A stretch of DNA of 64,000 nucleotides from Gnetum montanum (lineage: Eukaryota > Plantae > Gnetophyta), in NCBI GenBank assembly GCA_015680685.1, contig MNCI01002105.1, forward strand, positions 1-64,000, in the 5' to 3' direction. The translations under genes and the position numbers were made by a program. Positions 50,180-61,967 of this stretch are shown here, piece after piece (position 1 is the stretch's first letter; every line of letters starts with the position of its first letter). Below the pieces are notes generated by a model. That model was not told where the DNA came from. It saw nothing but the letters and a program-made list of their open reading frames with translations, and ran no database searches.

Positions 50180-50400
50180 GAAAGTTCATTTTTACCTTTG
50201 ACAATAATAAAATTCACCAAAGGTAAAATGCACTTATATAACCTTAGGAACCACTTAAATTTTCACCTACCCATTACTATGCTCAATAATGTTGAGCATA
50301 GCAAGGTATGAGCATAGTTACCAAAGTTAGAAAAAATTTTAATTTTTTTGGCAATCTCTAGACCTAGAAAAATTTTGAATTTTTCTTGTCACCTAGTTAG
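50180..50400 (-). promoter_or_regulatory. Putative promoter of the antisense gene in E
   Basis: Minus-strand TATATAAG at 50233-50240 in a context homologous to D 30380-30430. Flanked by ACTATGCTC/GAGCATAG motifs. Confidence 0.5.
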
Positions 50401-50800
50401 CACCCAAGCCAATTTTACTCTTCCAATGTGCCCAACATTGCCTCAACAATGCATTTAGTGCATATTACTATTCGCTACGATGTTAAACTAGTGTTTCACC
50501 ATCTGCTACAATGTTAAACTAGTGTTTCACTATCTCCCACAACATTAAATTGGCATTCAATAGTCTGATCAAACTTTAAACTAATGCTTCATGATCTACG
50601 AAGACCTTAAACTAGCAACCTCGTGTCCTATCAAGGCCTAAAATCAGCCCACACATTCCTTGCTTTTACAATCACATCTGCATACTTAGGCAAAATTTTA
50701 TCACATTGTTTTTTTTAACTGTGCATATTGCTTTCATTAAGACAAGTGCAACTTGACATTTTTTTGGTTATTTTTGTAGGATTATTGCAGGATTTACAAC

Positions 50801-52478
50801 ATGGCTACGTACAAGCATCTCCATTCACCATTGGTCCTTTCTAAGCCACATGGTGATCTTATGCAATGCATTGATCCTTAATGCCTAGACCTTGAGCCTA
50901 TAGCCTATGATGAATACATAACATCCATAGGGGCACCACTAAACTAGCCAAACCACCTAGTTAAAGGTATAGATCTAAAGACAAGCAACATCACCAAGGA
51001 CTCCCTTGTTGAAGTCCTTGTAGCAACATCTAGTGACGAGGCAAAAACATTAAAGCTTAGTTCTTTGTTAGAGCCTCAACATGCCCCAAACATTGCAAAG
51101 GTACTTAATGAAAACATCAAGGCATTTACATGGTCTTATGAAAATATGCCTGACCTAGATCCTCACATAGTACAACACAACATAATCCTCAATCCTAACA
51201 TGAAACCAATCAAACAAAAGGCCCACAAGGTTAGGCCTAAGGTGGTGTTGGCAGCCTACAATGGAATCACCAAGCTCTACAAAGTTGGTTTTATCCGAGC
51301 AGTTAACTACGCTGATTGGGTCTCCAACATTGTTGTTGTCCCTAAGAAAAATGGAAGTATACACATTTTCATAGACTTCTAGGACCTCAACAAGGTGATC
51401 ATTAAAGATGATTTCCCATTGCCTAGTATTGATAAACTAGTCGATACTATGGCTGGTCATGCCTTTCTTTCCTTTATGGACAGGTTCTCAAGGTACAACT
51501 AACTTCAAATCAACCTAGAGCACTAGCTTAGTACTACCTTCATGACCCCTTGGGGTACATTTTGCTACACCATGATGCCCTTCGGACTTAAGAACATAGG
51601 AGCAACTTATCAACGAGCCATGATGTACATCTTTAGTGATTACCTATTAGGTTTGCTCAATGATTACATTGATGATATAGCAATTAAATCCAAGGCATCA
51701 CAAAACCATGCAGATGACTTAGAACTTATGCTCAAACGCTAACTGAAGCATGAACTTAGGAAAAATCCTAAGAAATATGTCTTTAGCATAAATATGGGTC
51801 ACATGCTAGGTTTTGTAGTATCCAAAGTAGGCATACGCACAGACCCCAATAAGGTTAAGGCCATTATTAACTTAGCACCATTGACCAACCTTAAGGGGCT
51901 ACAAGGGTTACAAGGTAGATTGCAATTCAAATGATGATTTATACATGGTTAACTGACAAGTTTCAGCTAATGCAACACTTACTCAAAAAAGAAATCCACT
52001 TTGAGTGGACGGCTCAATTCCAAGTAGCATTTGACAACCTTAAGCAAGAGCTAGCTCAACTTCCAACAGTCTACCCTCCACAAGGAGATAAACCATTCTA
52101 CATCTACCTTGCTATCTCTAATGCATCCATTGCTTCTCTACTTTTTCAAAAGTGAGATGATGATAACAAGGTTCCTATGTACTACCTAAGTCATGCATTA
52201 GTGGCCTATGAAGTAAAGTACAATGATGTAGAAAAGACTTGCCTCGTCTTAGTCTTCGAACTTAAGAAGTGGAGGCACTATATTTTTTGCAACTAAGTAA
52301 AAATCATCTACAAGAGCAATGTACTTCAAGTAATTACAACAAATATCTATGAGAGCAGTCACATTACACATTGGAAAGTAATAACCACAAAGTTTAACTT
52401 GCATCATATTACACAAGCATCAACTAAAGGTCAAGAAATAGCCACACAACTTACAGCTTTCTTAATCAATGACCAAGC
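50801..52478 (+). pseudogene. pol: pol of E, RT-RH part
   Basis: WVSNIVVVPKKNGS, MMPFGLKNIGATYQRAM, DYIDDIAIKS, KPFYIYLA. Confidence 0.92.
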
Positions 52479-54211
52479 TATAGCAACCAAAAACATCGGT
52501 AGTTGGAAACACCAAGAGGTTGCCAAGCGAACATTTTTAACCCCAGATCCATGTGAGGGCCATGCTGGATATAAAGCAAGGCACCTTGAATAGTCTAGTC
52601 GATCAGATAAGAACTTAATCAGTGTAACTTAACCTTTCATGAACTTTATTTTAAATGTTAAATATGCAAGGTATAACTGATGATTAATAAATGCAGGAAT
52701 ACAAAAAATAATGCTAAACATTGATAACAATGAAGAAATAATAGGATAAGCTAGGATAAGAAAATGCATAGCCGCAAAATCACGGGTTCGATTCTCTTCC
52801 TTGTTTGAAGTGTATAACAAGCTATACAATGCTGGAGGTGCATAGAGAGTTTAAGAATGACTAGAATGCTCAAAATGTACCAACTATGCCTTTGAGTGAG
52901 AACTTACAAGCCAACAATGTAAAAATGCCAATGCCAAATGCCAATGCAAAATGCCAACCCAAAATTGCCAACAATTGCCAACCACTATCTTTAATGCAAA
53001 AATGTTATTTCTTATCACAAGAAAGCCAACCAACTCGCAAAGAAGCCAACCCTTTGAGCATTGTTTGCCAGTGTATTTATAGGGCTAGGAGCAGGCGAGA
53101 AATAAGGTCTGAATGCCACGTTTCCTAGACCCACCAGATGCTGACGTGTCATTACTACAAAGATCTGCAATGCTGGTTGTGAACTTTGCTACATTGCAAT
53201 CATGCTTTCAAGAACTACATATGTTGGAATCTAGTATGCTAACAATACAAACAAGAAATGAAGCACATTCAAGTAACGTAGCTGCTTGCTAAGTTGTGCT
53301 ACGCTATGTAGCATAGCACATTGGTGTAGCATAGCTACTTGCTACGCTATGTTATGCATGCAGCATAGCATAGCGTAGCCACCAGTTTGAGCAGAAAACT
53401 TACATTAGAGTCAACAGCATTTGCCGAAAGTTTTGGCACACATTTGGTTAACCTTTGAAGCACTTTTTTATTTTGCATCTTTGCTATGCTATGAGATGCT
53501 ATATAGCATAGTATAGTGTAGCGACTGGTTTCAACTAGAACTTGTGTTCAAGTTGAAAATACTTGCTGTTATTCTTGTCTTGTTGCTACACTGTGATATG
53601 CTATGTAGTGTAGCGCAACATAGCAGACAACGCATCCTACCTTTTGTTCAATCTGCCACTTTCTAGTAAGGAACTTTGCTCAAGGACTTGAAGTCAATCA
53701 AGGAAAAATAGTTTTTTGGGGTCAGAGTGCTTGTTGAGTGCAACTGCTTTATTAGAATCACTTGGTAAGCTGGGCTTTTCTAATTTTCCTTCACTATGCT
53801 ATGCTACGTTGCATAGCGTAGCATAGCATAGCATCTTGTTTTGCAACAGTTTGCACTCAACCATTTGAACAACTATCTTTGGAGGCTTGCTACGCTACAC
53901 AGTGTAGTGTAGTGTAGCACACTCCTTCACTAGAAAACTTGTCGAACTATTTTTTCCATATTGAGCACCGTCGACAACTCCTAGCATAGTTTCTGAGTAG
54001 ACTAACAGTTGGGTGAATCACCGAGGTGGGCAGGCTGGAGAGTCCATCGATCCTATTAGCTCTACAGGTAGAAAACTTGTCAAACTAAACAATCTAACCT
54101 TAATGCATTCATTTCCTAACAAAGGGTCATGAGGCTACACTTGTAAAAATCCTTCCCTCAGTTAAAAGACCGTGGTGAAGTAAGAGTTCCTCGAACTTTT
54201 ATGGTGTTTCA
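52479..54211 (-). repeat. 3' LTR of G
   Basis: Direct repeat of 60230-61962. Minus strand TGAAACACCA...GCTA(T/C)A. Confidence 0.92.
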
Positions 54212-55589
54212 TTGCCCCTCTTTGTCGACGTTTGGAGGATGGGCTCGAGAGATTCCAACAAAGAATACAAAACACCATGAAAGACAAGATGCTAACATCG
54301 CTCTTTAGCAATTGTCAAGATGTCACTTAGCTACGCTTAAGAGTACTAGGATAATCATGTAGGGAAAGGGAAAAGGGTGGAGCTATGAAGATAGTTTCGG
54401 GAAGGGAAAGAAGTAGCAATGTGGTCCCTTCTTGGAGTGCTTGTGAGGGAGTCAATGTGCATGGGCATCTTTTCCTTTGTAGGCTTCTAACGTCTCGTCA
54501 GAATGCTTAGAGAATGTCATTGCAAAACAACTAATGTGCCATTTTTTTAGGCACATTTTTTTTACATGAGCTTTTTCTCTTCTACACTTTTCTTTTGTTG
54601 TTTTGCCATTTTCATTTACAAAAAACCTTGTTGTTGCAGGACAGGTGTTTCTTTCCTAGGATGATTTGTGTTACATCCACGTGGGGCTTTAACCTACCTA
54701 CAGATGCTTCCCATGTAGTGAGTTGCATTACACACATCATGGACTTTGCAGTTGAGCATTTGGAAGGGCTTTATAGGCATCTAGAAAATTTGTAAAAGAG
54801 GTATGAAAAGGAATAATTACAAGTGTAAGAAACGAGGTAAAGGAGGTTAAGGGGGAGGATAGGATGTGCACTCCCAAATAGCCAAGCTAGTCAGGACAAC
54901 CACCTTGGAACGATGTAGTGTCCTATCACCTTGGCAAAATGCACCTGTAACCAACAACCCTCCAGCACATACACTGCAAACACAACATAGAGAAAACCAG
55001 AAGAAACAAACATCAAGTGAAATGAAGGCAAATGTCTTGCTTTCTTTGGACGCTACTGGAACAATGGGCATTATTACTGAGGCATTTAACATCCAAACTA
55101 GAAAGGCCAGTAGTAGTTCTGGCAGCATCAACGTGGAGAGGTAGGCACCAAGAAGGCTAGGAGTTACTGTGATGATGAAGATGCTCAAGAGTCCCCATCC
55201 AAGGCAAACATCATGTAGCTCAGCTGTAAGGTGAGAGGCCTAACAACTGAACATCTTTTAGGCCTGGGCTATGACAGGGGTTGGAGGGTAGCAACCTTGT
55301 GGTTGGGCCACAATAGTGTTGGGAACTTGGAGCAGGCACCGACCATGGAAGCGACTGCCAAGGCAAAGGGCCATGGTAGTGGTAGCTCTGGAAGGTCAGC
55401 AAGATGTCATACGACATCTTTGGAGGATTAGCAAGATGTCAAGGGCAATGGCATTGCACATATTCTAGAGAGTGTTTTCTTGACATCATGAACTACATTT
55501 TCAAACTGCAACATCCCACCTTGTGTTGGCACTGTGCACACTCGCTTTCTTGATGAGTCATAGATGCATGCTGAGGACATGCCGCAAAC

Positions 55590-55950
55590 CCAATTTAAGG
55601 TCCTATTAGATCATGGTGTGCTGGTTTAAGGTCTTATCAAACCGTGGTGCACTAGTTTAAGGTCCTAGCAGACCACTATGCTAGTTTATCATCATAGCAG
55701 ATGGTCGTTGTGCTAGTTAAAGATCCTAGCAGACCATTGTGTTAGTTTATCTTCATAGCAAACAGTGGATGGGCCAGTTTAAAGTTTTCACAGATCACTT
55801 GTGCTAGTTTAATTTCATAGTAGATGTGTTTTGCTAGTTTATAGTCATAGTGGACTGCCTTTGCCAGTTTCATGTCATAGCATACCAGCTTTGCCATTTT
55901 TATGTCATAACAAACGTTGGTTTGCCATTTTTACGTCATAGCAGACGATT
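55590..55950 (-). repeat. Tandem array (about 30 bp units, core TAAACTAGCA) in G's 3' UTR
   Basis: About a dozen degenerate GTGCTAGTTTA..TCATAGCAGA units on the + strand. Confidence 0.8.
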
Positions 55951-55968
55951 GCTTACCTTGCTCATGCA

Positions 55969-58900
55969 TCAAATGTAGTATGGCTTGAGATATGAATGAC
56001 TCACAGGATTTGTGAACTTGTTGCCATTCATGTCTACCAACTTGAAGGCTCCGTTCCCATAGGCTTTTATGACCATGAATGGACCATCCCAGTTTGCTGA
56101 AAATTTGTTCACATGCTCATGGATAGCTTTGAGAATGAGGTCGTCCTTTTTTATTCGTCTTTGATGCAACTTTGCATGATGCTTCTACCGTTTCTTGTCT
56201 TAATAATGCTCTATGTTACCAAGTGTCTATGCACACTCCTCCTCTATTTAGTTGAGGTCGATGATCCTCAACTCATTGTTCTAGGCTTCACTCACGACAT
56301 TTGACAAGATCATTCGAAGTGATGGTACTTGCAACTCAAAAGGTAACACCGCTTCAGATTCGTAAACAAGACTGTAAGGAGTTTTACCTGTTGCTATCCT
56401 ACACATCGTCCTATAAGGCCATAGCACACAGAGGATTTACTCGTGCCATTGCCTCTTGCTATTGTTAAGAATTTTCTTGAGCAAGTTAATGATGCCTTTG
56501 TTCGTAGCTTCTACCCGTCCGTTTTCCTATGGGTAGTATGGCGAGGAGAACGATTGCCTAATGCCAAGGTTGCTGTAAAAGGTTTTGGTTTCTGCACTAC
56601 TAAACTATGGCCCATTGTCGGTCACAATAGTCATGGAAAGCCCAAACCTTGTCACGATGTTATCTATTATGAAGTGGAAAACTTGTTGAGATGTAGTCTT
56701 CTTAAGGGGAATAGCATCCACCCACTTCGTAAAGTACTCGGTGGCAATGATGATGAAGCTATGGCTTGCAGAAGACTTAGGCATGATAGGTCCTATAATG
56801 TCTAGTCCCCATCGTTGGAATGACCATGTATTGTTGGCACATATCCTTGGCACATATTACAAGTCTTGACTTAGGCAGAAGATTTGCATATCGTTGGCAC
56901 GTATCACAAGTCTTGACTTTGGCTAGGCAATCGCACTCCATGTGATTCCAATAGTACCCTAGGCATCTGATCTTTGCTACCATGCCCCAGGTGCTATGTG
57001 TCCATCGCACAGTCCCTTGTGTACCTCATTAATGACCTTCTGTGCTTGCTCCTCGTTTACGCATGCTAGCAATATCCCATCAAAGGAGCGTTTGCATAAG
57101 GCATTGTCTCCCATGAGCATGTATTACTGAGCATGCTTGCAGATCGCATCCCTCTGGGTAGATGTCAATCCACATGGGGGCTCGCCATGTTGTAGGTAGG
57201 CATTAATGTTGGTGTACCACTCCTGGGTATTTGTAGCGCTTACAAAGGCTATGTGTACCGCTTGAGTGATAGGCTCCATACACTTGGTAATCAAAGTGAG
57301 CAAACTTGCGAATAGGTGTGGTGGCACATTTAATGCTAGGGTGGCCATGGCATCTACTATGGTGTTTTCATTGCATGGCACATGTTGAGCATCCATTATT
57401 GCAAACTATTTAAGCAAAATTTTTTCTAGGTCATAATGGGGCTACAAATCAGTAGCTTTGCAAGCGTAGACCTCAATGATTTCATTCACAACCAGTTGTG
57501 AATCACCTCGAATTGCCAAGTGTTGAATTTTTAATGCTTGGGTTGCTAAGAGGCCCCTGAGGAGTCCTTCTTACTCTGCCATATTGTTTGTACAAAGGAA
57601 TGCAAATCGATAAGCAAACAGCTGGATGTCCCTAGAGGGGAATGTAATGACAGCCACTACGCTAACACCATACGTAGTCGAGGCACCGTTGAACTATAAA
57701 GTAGCTTCAAGATGAGATAGGACAACGTTGATGGTGCTAATGTGCTCATCAGGGAATTTGGGTTCTATGGTTGTCCAATCATCGATGGGTGAGGTCATGA
57801 GTTGCGTAGCTATAGCTTGACCTTTCATCAACAATTGGCGAACATAATGCAAATCAAACTCCGTTGTTATGGCTTTCCACCGGGCTATCCTACTGCTTTC
57901 GTACAAATTGTTCGTGATAGCCTAGAGTACATTACTTTTGCAAATGATGTTAACTTTGCTACGAAACAGATAATGCCTCCACTTTTTTAATGCAAACACT
58001 TGAGTGAGGAAATTTCTCTCCACCTCATTGTATTTCACCTCATATGCTATCAATGCATGACTTAGATAATACACTGGAATCTCAGAGCTTTCGTCTCATT
58101 TTTGACATAATAGTGCCACGATAGACGTGTCTAAGGTGGCAATGTAGATGTAGATAAGCTTATCCCTCTGTGGTGGGTAAACAATCGGGAGAAGTAAAAG
58201 CTCTTTCTTCAGATCATTGAAGGCTTGTTGGCATTGTGTTTTCCATTCAAAGTTAACCCCTTTCTTTAGTAAGTGTTGCATGGGGTGTAACTTGTTAGTC
58301 AACTTCGCTGTAAACCTTCTGATGAACTGCACTCTACCTTGCAACCTACATAATTCCTTAAGGTTGGTAGGGGGTGCTAGATTAATGATGGCCTTAACTT
58401 TGTTAGGGTCCACTAATATTTCAGCCTCTGATACTACAAACCCTAACATGCATCTGGTTCTCACCCCGAAGACACACTTTTTTGGGTTGAGGCATAAATC
58501 ATGCATCTGGCAACTTTTGAGAACTACACCTAGATCATTGGGATGATCAACAGCCTCTTTAGATTTGACCGCTATGTCATCCATGTAGTTGTTTAGTATT
58601 TCTAGGATGTAGTCACTAAAGATGTATGTCATGTCTCTTTAGTAGGTTGCTCCAGTGTTTTTGAACCCAAAGGGCATCATGGAGTAACAAAAGGTACCCC
58701 ATGGGGTCATGAAAGTTGTTGCTAACTAATGCTTTGGGTTGATGAAAATTTGATTGTAGCCGAAGAAACTATCCATGAAGGATAATAGAGCGTGACCAGC
58801 CATAGTATCGATGAGTTGATCAATACTCGGTAGTGGGAATTCGTCTTTGATCGTTGCTTTGTTCAGATCCTAGAAGTCTATACAAATTCATATTCCTCCC

Positions 58901-59448
58901 ATTTTCTTAGAAACTACAACGATGTTTGACACCCATTCTAAGTAATCAATTACCTAGATGAAACTAGCCTGATACAGCTTAGTGATTTCATCGTAGACAA
59001 CTAGTACGATCTCTGGTTTAACCTTGCGAGCCTTTTACTTAACTACTATGATATGTGAATCTAAGACAATGTTGTGCTATATAAGCCTCTGATCTAAGCT
59101 CGACATGTTGTTATAAGACCATGCGAAAACCTTGATGTTATCTTGTAGTATCTTGGATACATCTTTATGTGTTTATGAATCTAGGAGGGAGCTAAGTTTT
59201 AACGCTTTTATTTCCCCCATGGATGTAGTCACAAGTTTTTCAATGAGAGGGTCCTCAGTCACATTGTCAACCTCTAAATCTAAGGCTTGGACTAAATGTT
59301 CGGGCCAGTCTAGGAATGTTTCTAAGGATGCTACAATGCTATCTATGGATGATTCCCAATCTATTGACTCTGGGTTCAGTTGTCTTGTGAGCTCATTGTG
59401 TGGACCTATCAAGGCTAGAGGTGAGGAAAGATCGTGATGCATTGTCAT
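55969..59448 (-). pseudogene. pol: pol of G: RT-RH-aRH-INT
   Basis: NNYMDDIAVKS, LNPKKCVFGV, KGQAIATQL; aRH motifs FNGAS, TNNMAE, IRGDSQLVV, HVPCNENTIVDAMA; INT WGLDIIGP, IVTDNGP, KFSANWDGPF (GPF/Y motif). Confidence 0.93.
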
Positions 59449-59597
59449 TCTTGCTCACCCTGCCACAATGAGATAAATGTCAAGTCCAATGATACCTATT
59501 TTTAGCAACGGTGCATAGTAAACATTTGTAAAGCAACAATGAGATATGAAAATTTGTAAACATTTGTAAAGCAACAATGAGACTAGGAATCCAAGAC

Positions 59598-60122
59598 CTC
59601 TTGGTCATCTTGAAATGCCTCTTCATAGTGGGACGTTGTGTCTCAGTGCTCCCTAGGTCTACTTGTCTGTATCTACTAATCTAAGATCGACTGATACATC
59701 TTCGTCAAAGGAATGGAAATGGTAGGAGTGGGAATAAATTCACTCCCATTACGGTAAAGGAACTCGAAGTTACGTTTTTCTTTGAGTTCATGGAGAGCGA
59801 AGGGTAGATTCACCTAGACCTTAGCACAGAGAAAATTGTAAAGCTCAAAATGTTGTGCCATGCTCTCAAGTGATTGGTTTTGGATCCTGAGCGACCGACG
59901 TGGCCCTTGCACCAGGCTGAGTGGTTGCTTAGCACCTGTGATGCCCTGAACCGAAAAGGGGACATCAATGTTATAGGTAGCAACAACGGTGTTTGAGGAA
60001 ATCATTTTCATAAAGGTAAGAATGGTTTGTGAGAAAGAAAAATAGAGATCAAAAGGTGATCGGAGGCTTTCTGTCCTGCAAGATTCCAAAGGAACCATCG
60101 TTGTGACCAGCCTATACCACAT
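59598..60122 (-). pseudogene. Gag N-terminal domain stub of G
   Basis: RRSLRIQNQSLESMAQHFELYNFLCAKV(Q)VNLPFALHELKEKRNFEFLYRNGSEFIP aligns with E 39190-39360, R(Q)SLRQCNLPPEVMVLNDEQYNFISEKL(Q)VGLPLDYQEIEAKHSYKIMYQNKREWLP. Confidence 0.65.
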
Positions 60123-60229
60123 AGTGCATAAACAACCGCAAGGGTGTCATGTTTATGAAAGAGCATGCAAGACTACCCGTGAGAGACAAAAAGGGGCACC
60201 AAAAGGCATTCTCTCTAGCAGTAGAAAAC

Positions 60230-61962
60230 TGTAGTGATCAAAAATGTTGATGGCTAGAAACACTAAGAGGTTGTTGAGCGAACAGTTTTAACCATGGATT
60301 CATGCTAGGGCTGTGCTGGATATAACGGAAGCAAGGCACCCTGAATGGTCTGGTCAATCAGATAGGGACTTAATCGATGTAACTTAACCTTTTGTGAACT
60401 TTGTTTTAAATGTTAAATACGTGAGGTATATCCGATGATTAATAAATGCAGGAATGCAGAAAATAATGCTAAATAGTAATAACAATGAAGAAATAATAGG
60501 ATAAGCTCGGATAAGGAAATGCACCGTCGGAAAATCACGGGTTCGATTCTCTTCCTTGTTTGAAATGTATAACAAGCTATACAATGTTGGAGGTGCACAG
60601 AGAGTTCAAGTGTGACCAGAATGCTCAAAATGTGCCAACTATGTGTTTGAGTAAGAACTTACAAGCTAATAATGCAAAAATTCCAACACGAAGAGCCAAT
60701 GCCAAATTCCAATGAAAAATGCCAACCCAAAATTACCAACAATTGCCAACCATTGTCTTTAATGCAAAAATGCTAGTTCTTTTCGCAAGAAAGCCAACCA
60801 ACTCACAAAGAAGCCAACCCTTTGAGTGTTGTTTGCTAGGGTATTTATAGGGCCAGGAGCAAGTGAGAAATAAGGTCTGAATGCCAAGTTTCCTAGACCC
60901 ACGAGATGCTGACATGTCATTACTGCAAAGATGTGCAATGTTGGTTATGAACTTTGCTATGCTACAATCATGTTATCGAGAACTGAACATGCTGGAATCC
61001 AATATGCTAACAATGCAAACAAGAAATGAAGCACATTAAAGTAGCGTAGTTGCTTACTATGCTGTGCTATGCTATGTAGCGTAGCACATTGGCGTAGTGT
61101 AGCTTCTTGCTACACTGTGCTACACTACGTAGCGTAGCACAGCGTAGCCACCAATTTGAGTAGAAAACTTGAATTAGAGTCAACAGTATTTGCTGGAAGC
61201 TTTGGCACATATCTCGTTAACCTTTGAAGCACTTTGTTATTTTGCATCTTTGCTACACTATGCAAAGTGTAGTATAGCGTAGCGGCTGGTTTCAACTGAA
61301 ACTTGTGTTGAAGTTGAAAATTCTTGCTATCGTTCTTGTCTTGTTGCTATGTTTTGCTACACTATGTAGCATAGTGTAGCGTAGTAAATAGCGCATCCTA
61401 CCTTTTGTTCAATCTTCCACTTTCTAGTAAGGAACTTTGCTCAAGGACTTCAAGTTGATCAAGGCAAAACAATTTTTTGAGGCCAGAGTGCTTGTCGAGT
61501 GCAACTTCTTTATTAGAATCACTTGGTAAGCTGGGCTTTTTTGATTTTCCTTCACTACACTGTGCTTCGCTGCATAGCGTAGCATAGCGTAGCACCTTGT
61601 TTTGCAATATTTTGCACTCAACCATTTGAACAACTATCTTTGGAGGCTTGCTACGCTACACAGCGTAGCACACTCCTTCACTAGAAAACTTGCCAAACTA
61701 TTTTTTCCATCCTGAGCATCACCAACAACTCCTAGCATAGTTTTTGAGTAGATTAACTACCGAGTGAATCACCCAGGTGGGCAGGCTAGAGAGTCCATTG
61801 GGCCTATCAACTCTATAGGTAGAAAACTTGATGAACTAAATAGTCTAACCTCAATGCATTCATTTCCTACCAAAGGGTCATGAGGCTACACTTGTGGAAA
61901 TCCTTGCCTTAGTTCCAAGACCCTAGTGAAGCAAGAGTGCCTCGAAATTCTATGGTGTTTCA
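60230..61962 (-). repeat. 5' LTR of G
   Basis: Ends ...CTACA + GTTTTC + degenerate PBS (TACTGCTAGAGAG), the same spacer as in E. Confidence 0.92.
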
Positions 61963-61967
61963 CAAGT

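Larger units (their letters stand above)
52479..61962 (-). mobile_element. Complete two-LTR Tat/Ogre-like element G (9484 bp) lacking capsid, nucleocapsid and protease
   Basis: LTRs 52479-54211 and 60230-61962 (both 1733 bp). TSD CAAGC (52474-52478) / CAAGT (61963-61967). PPT at 54212-54224. E's pol reads through across the insertion (IND QA|TIDLEF). Confidence 0.92.

Noticed and set aside
55590-55950. Regularly spaced repeats resembling a CRISPR array
   Set aside because: Degenerate head-to-tail units without unique spacers, no cas genes, and a eukaryotic retroelement 3' UTR context.
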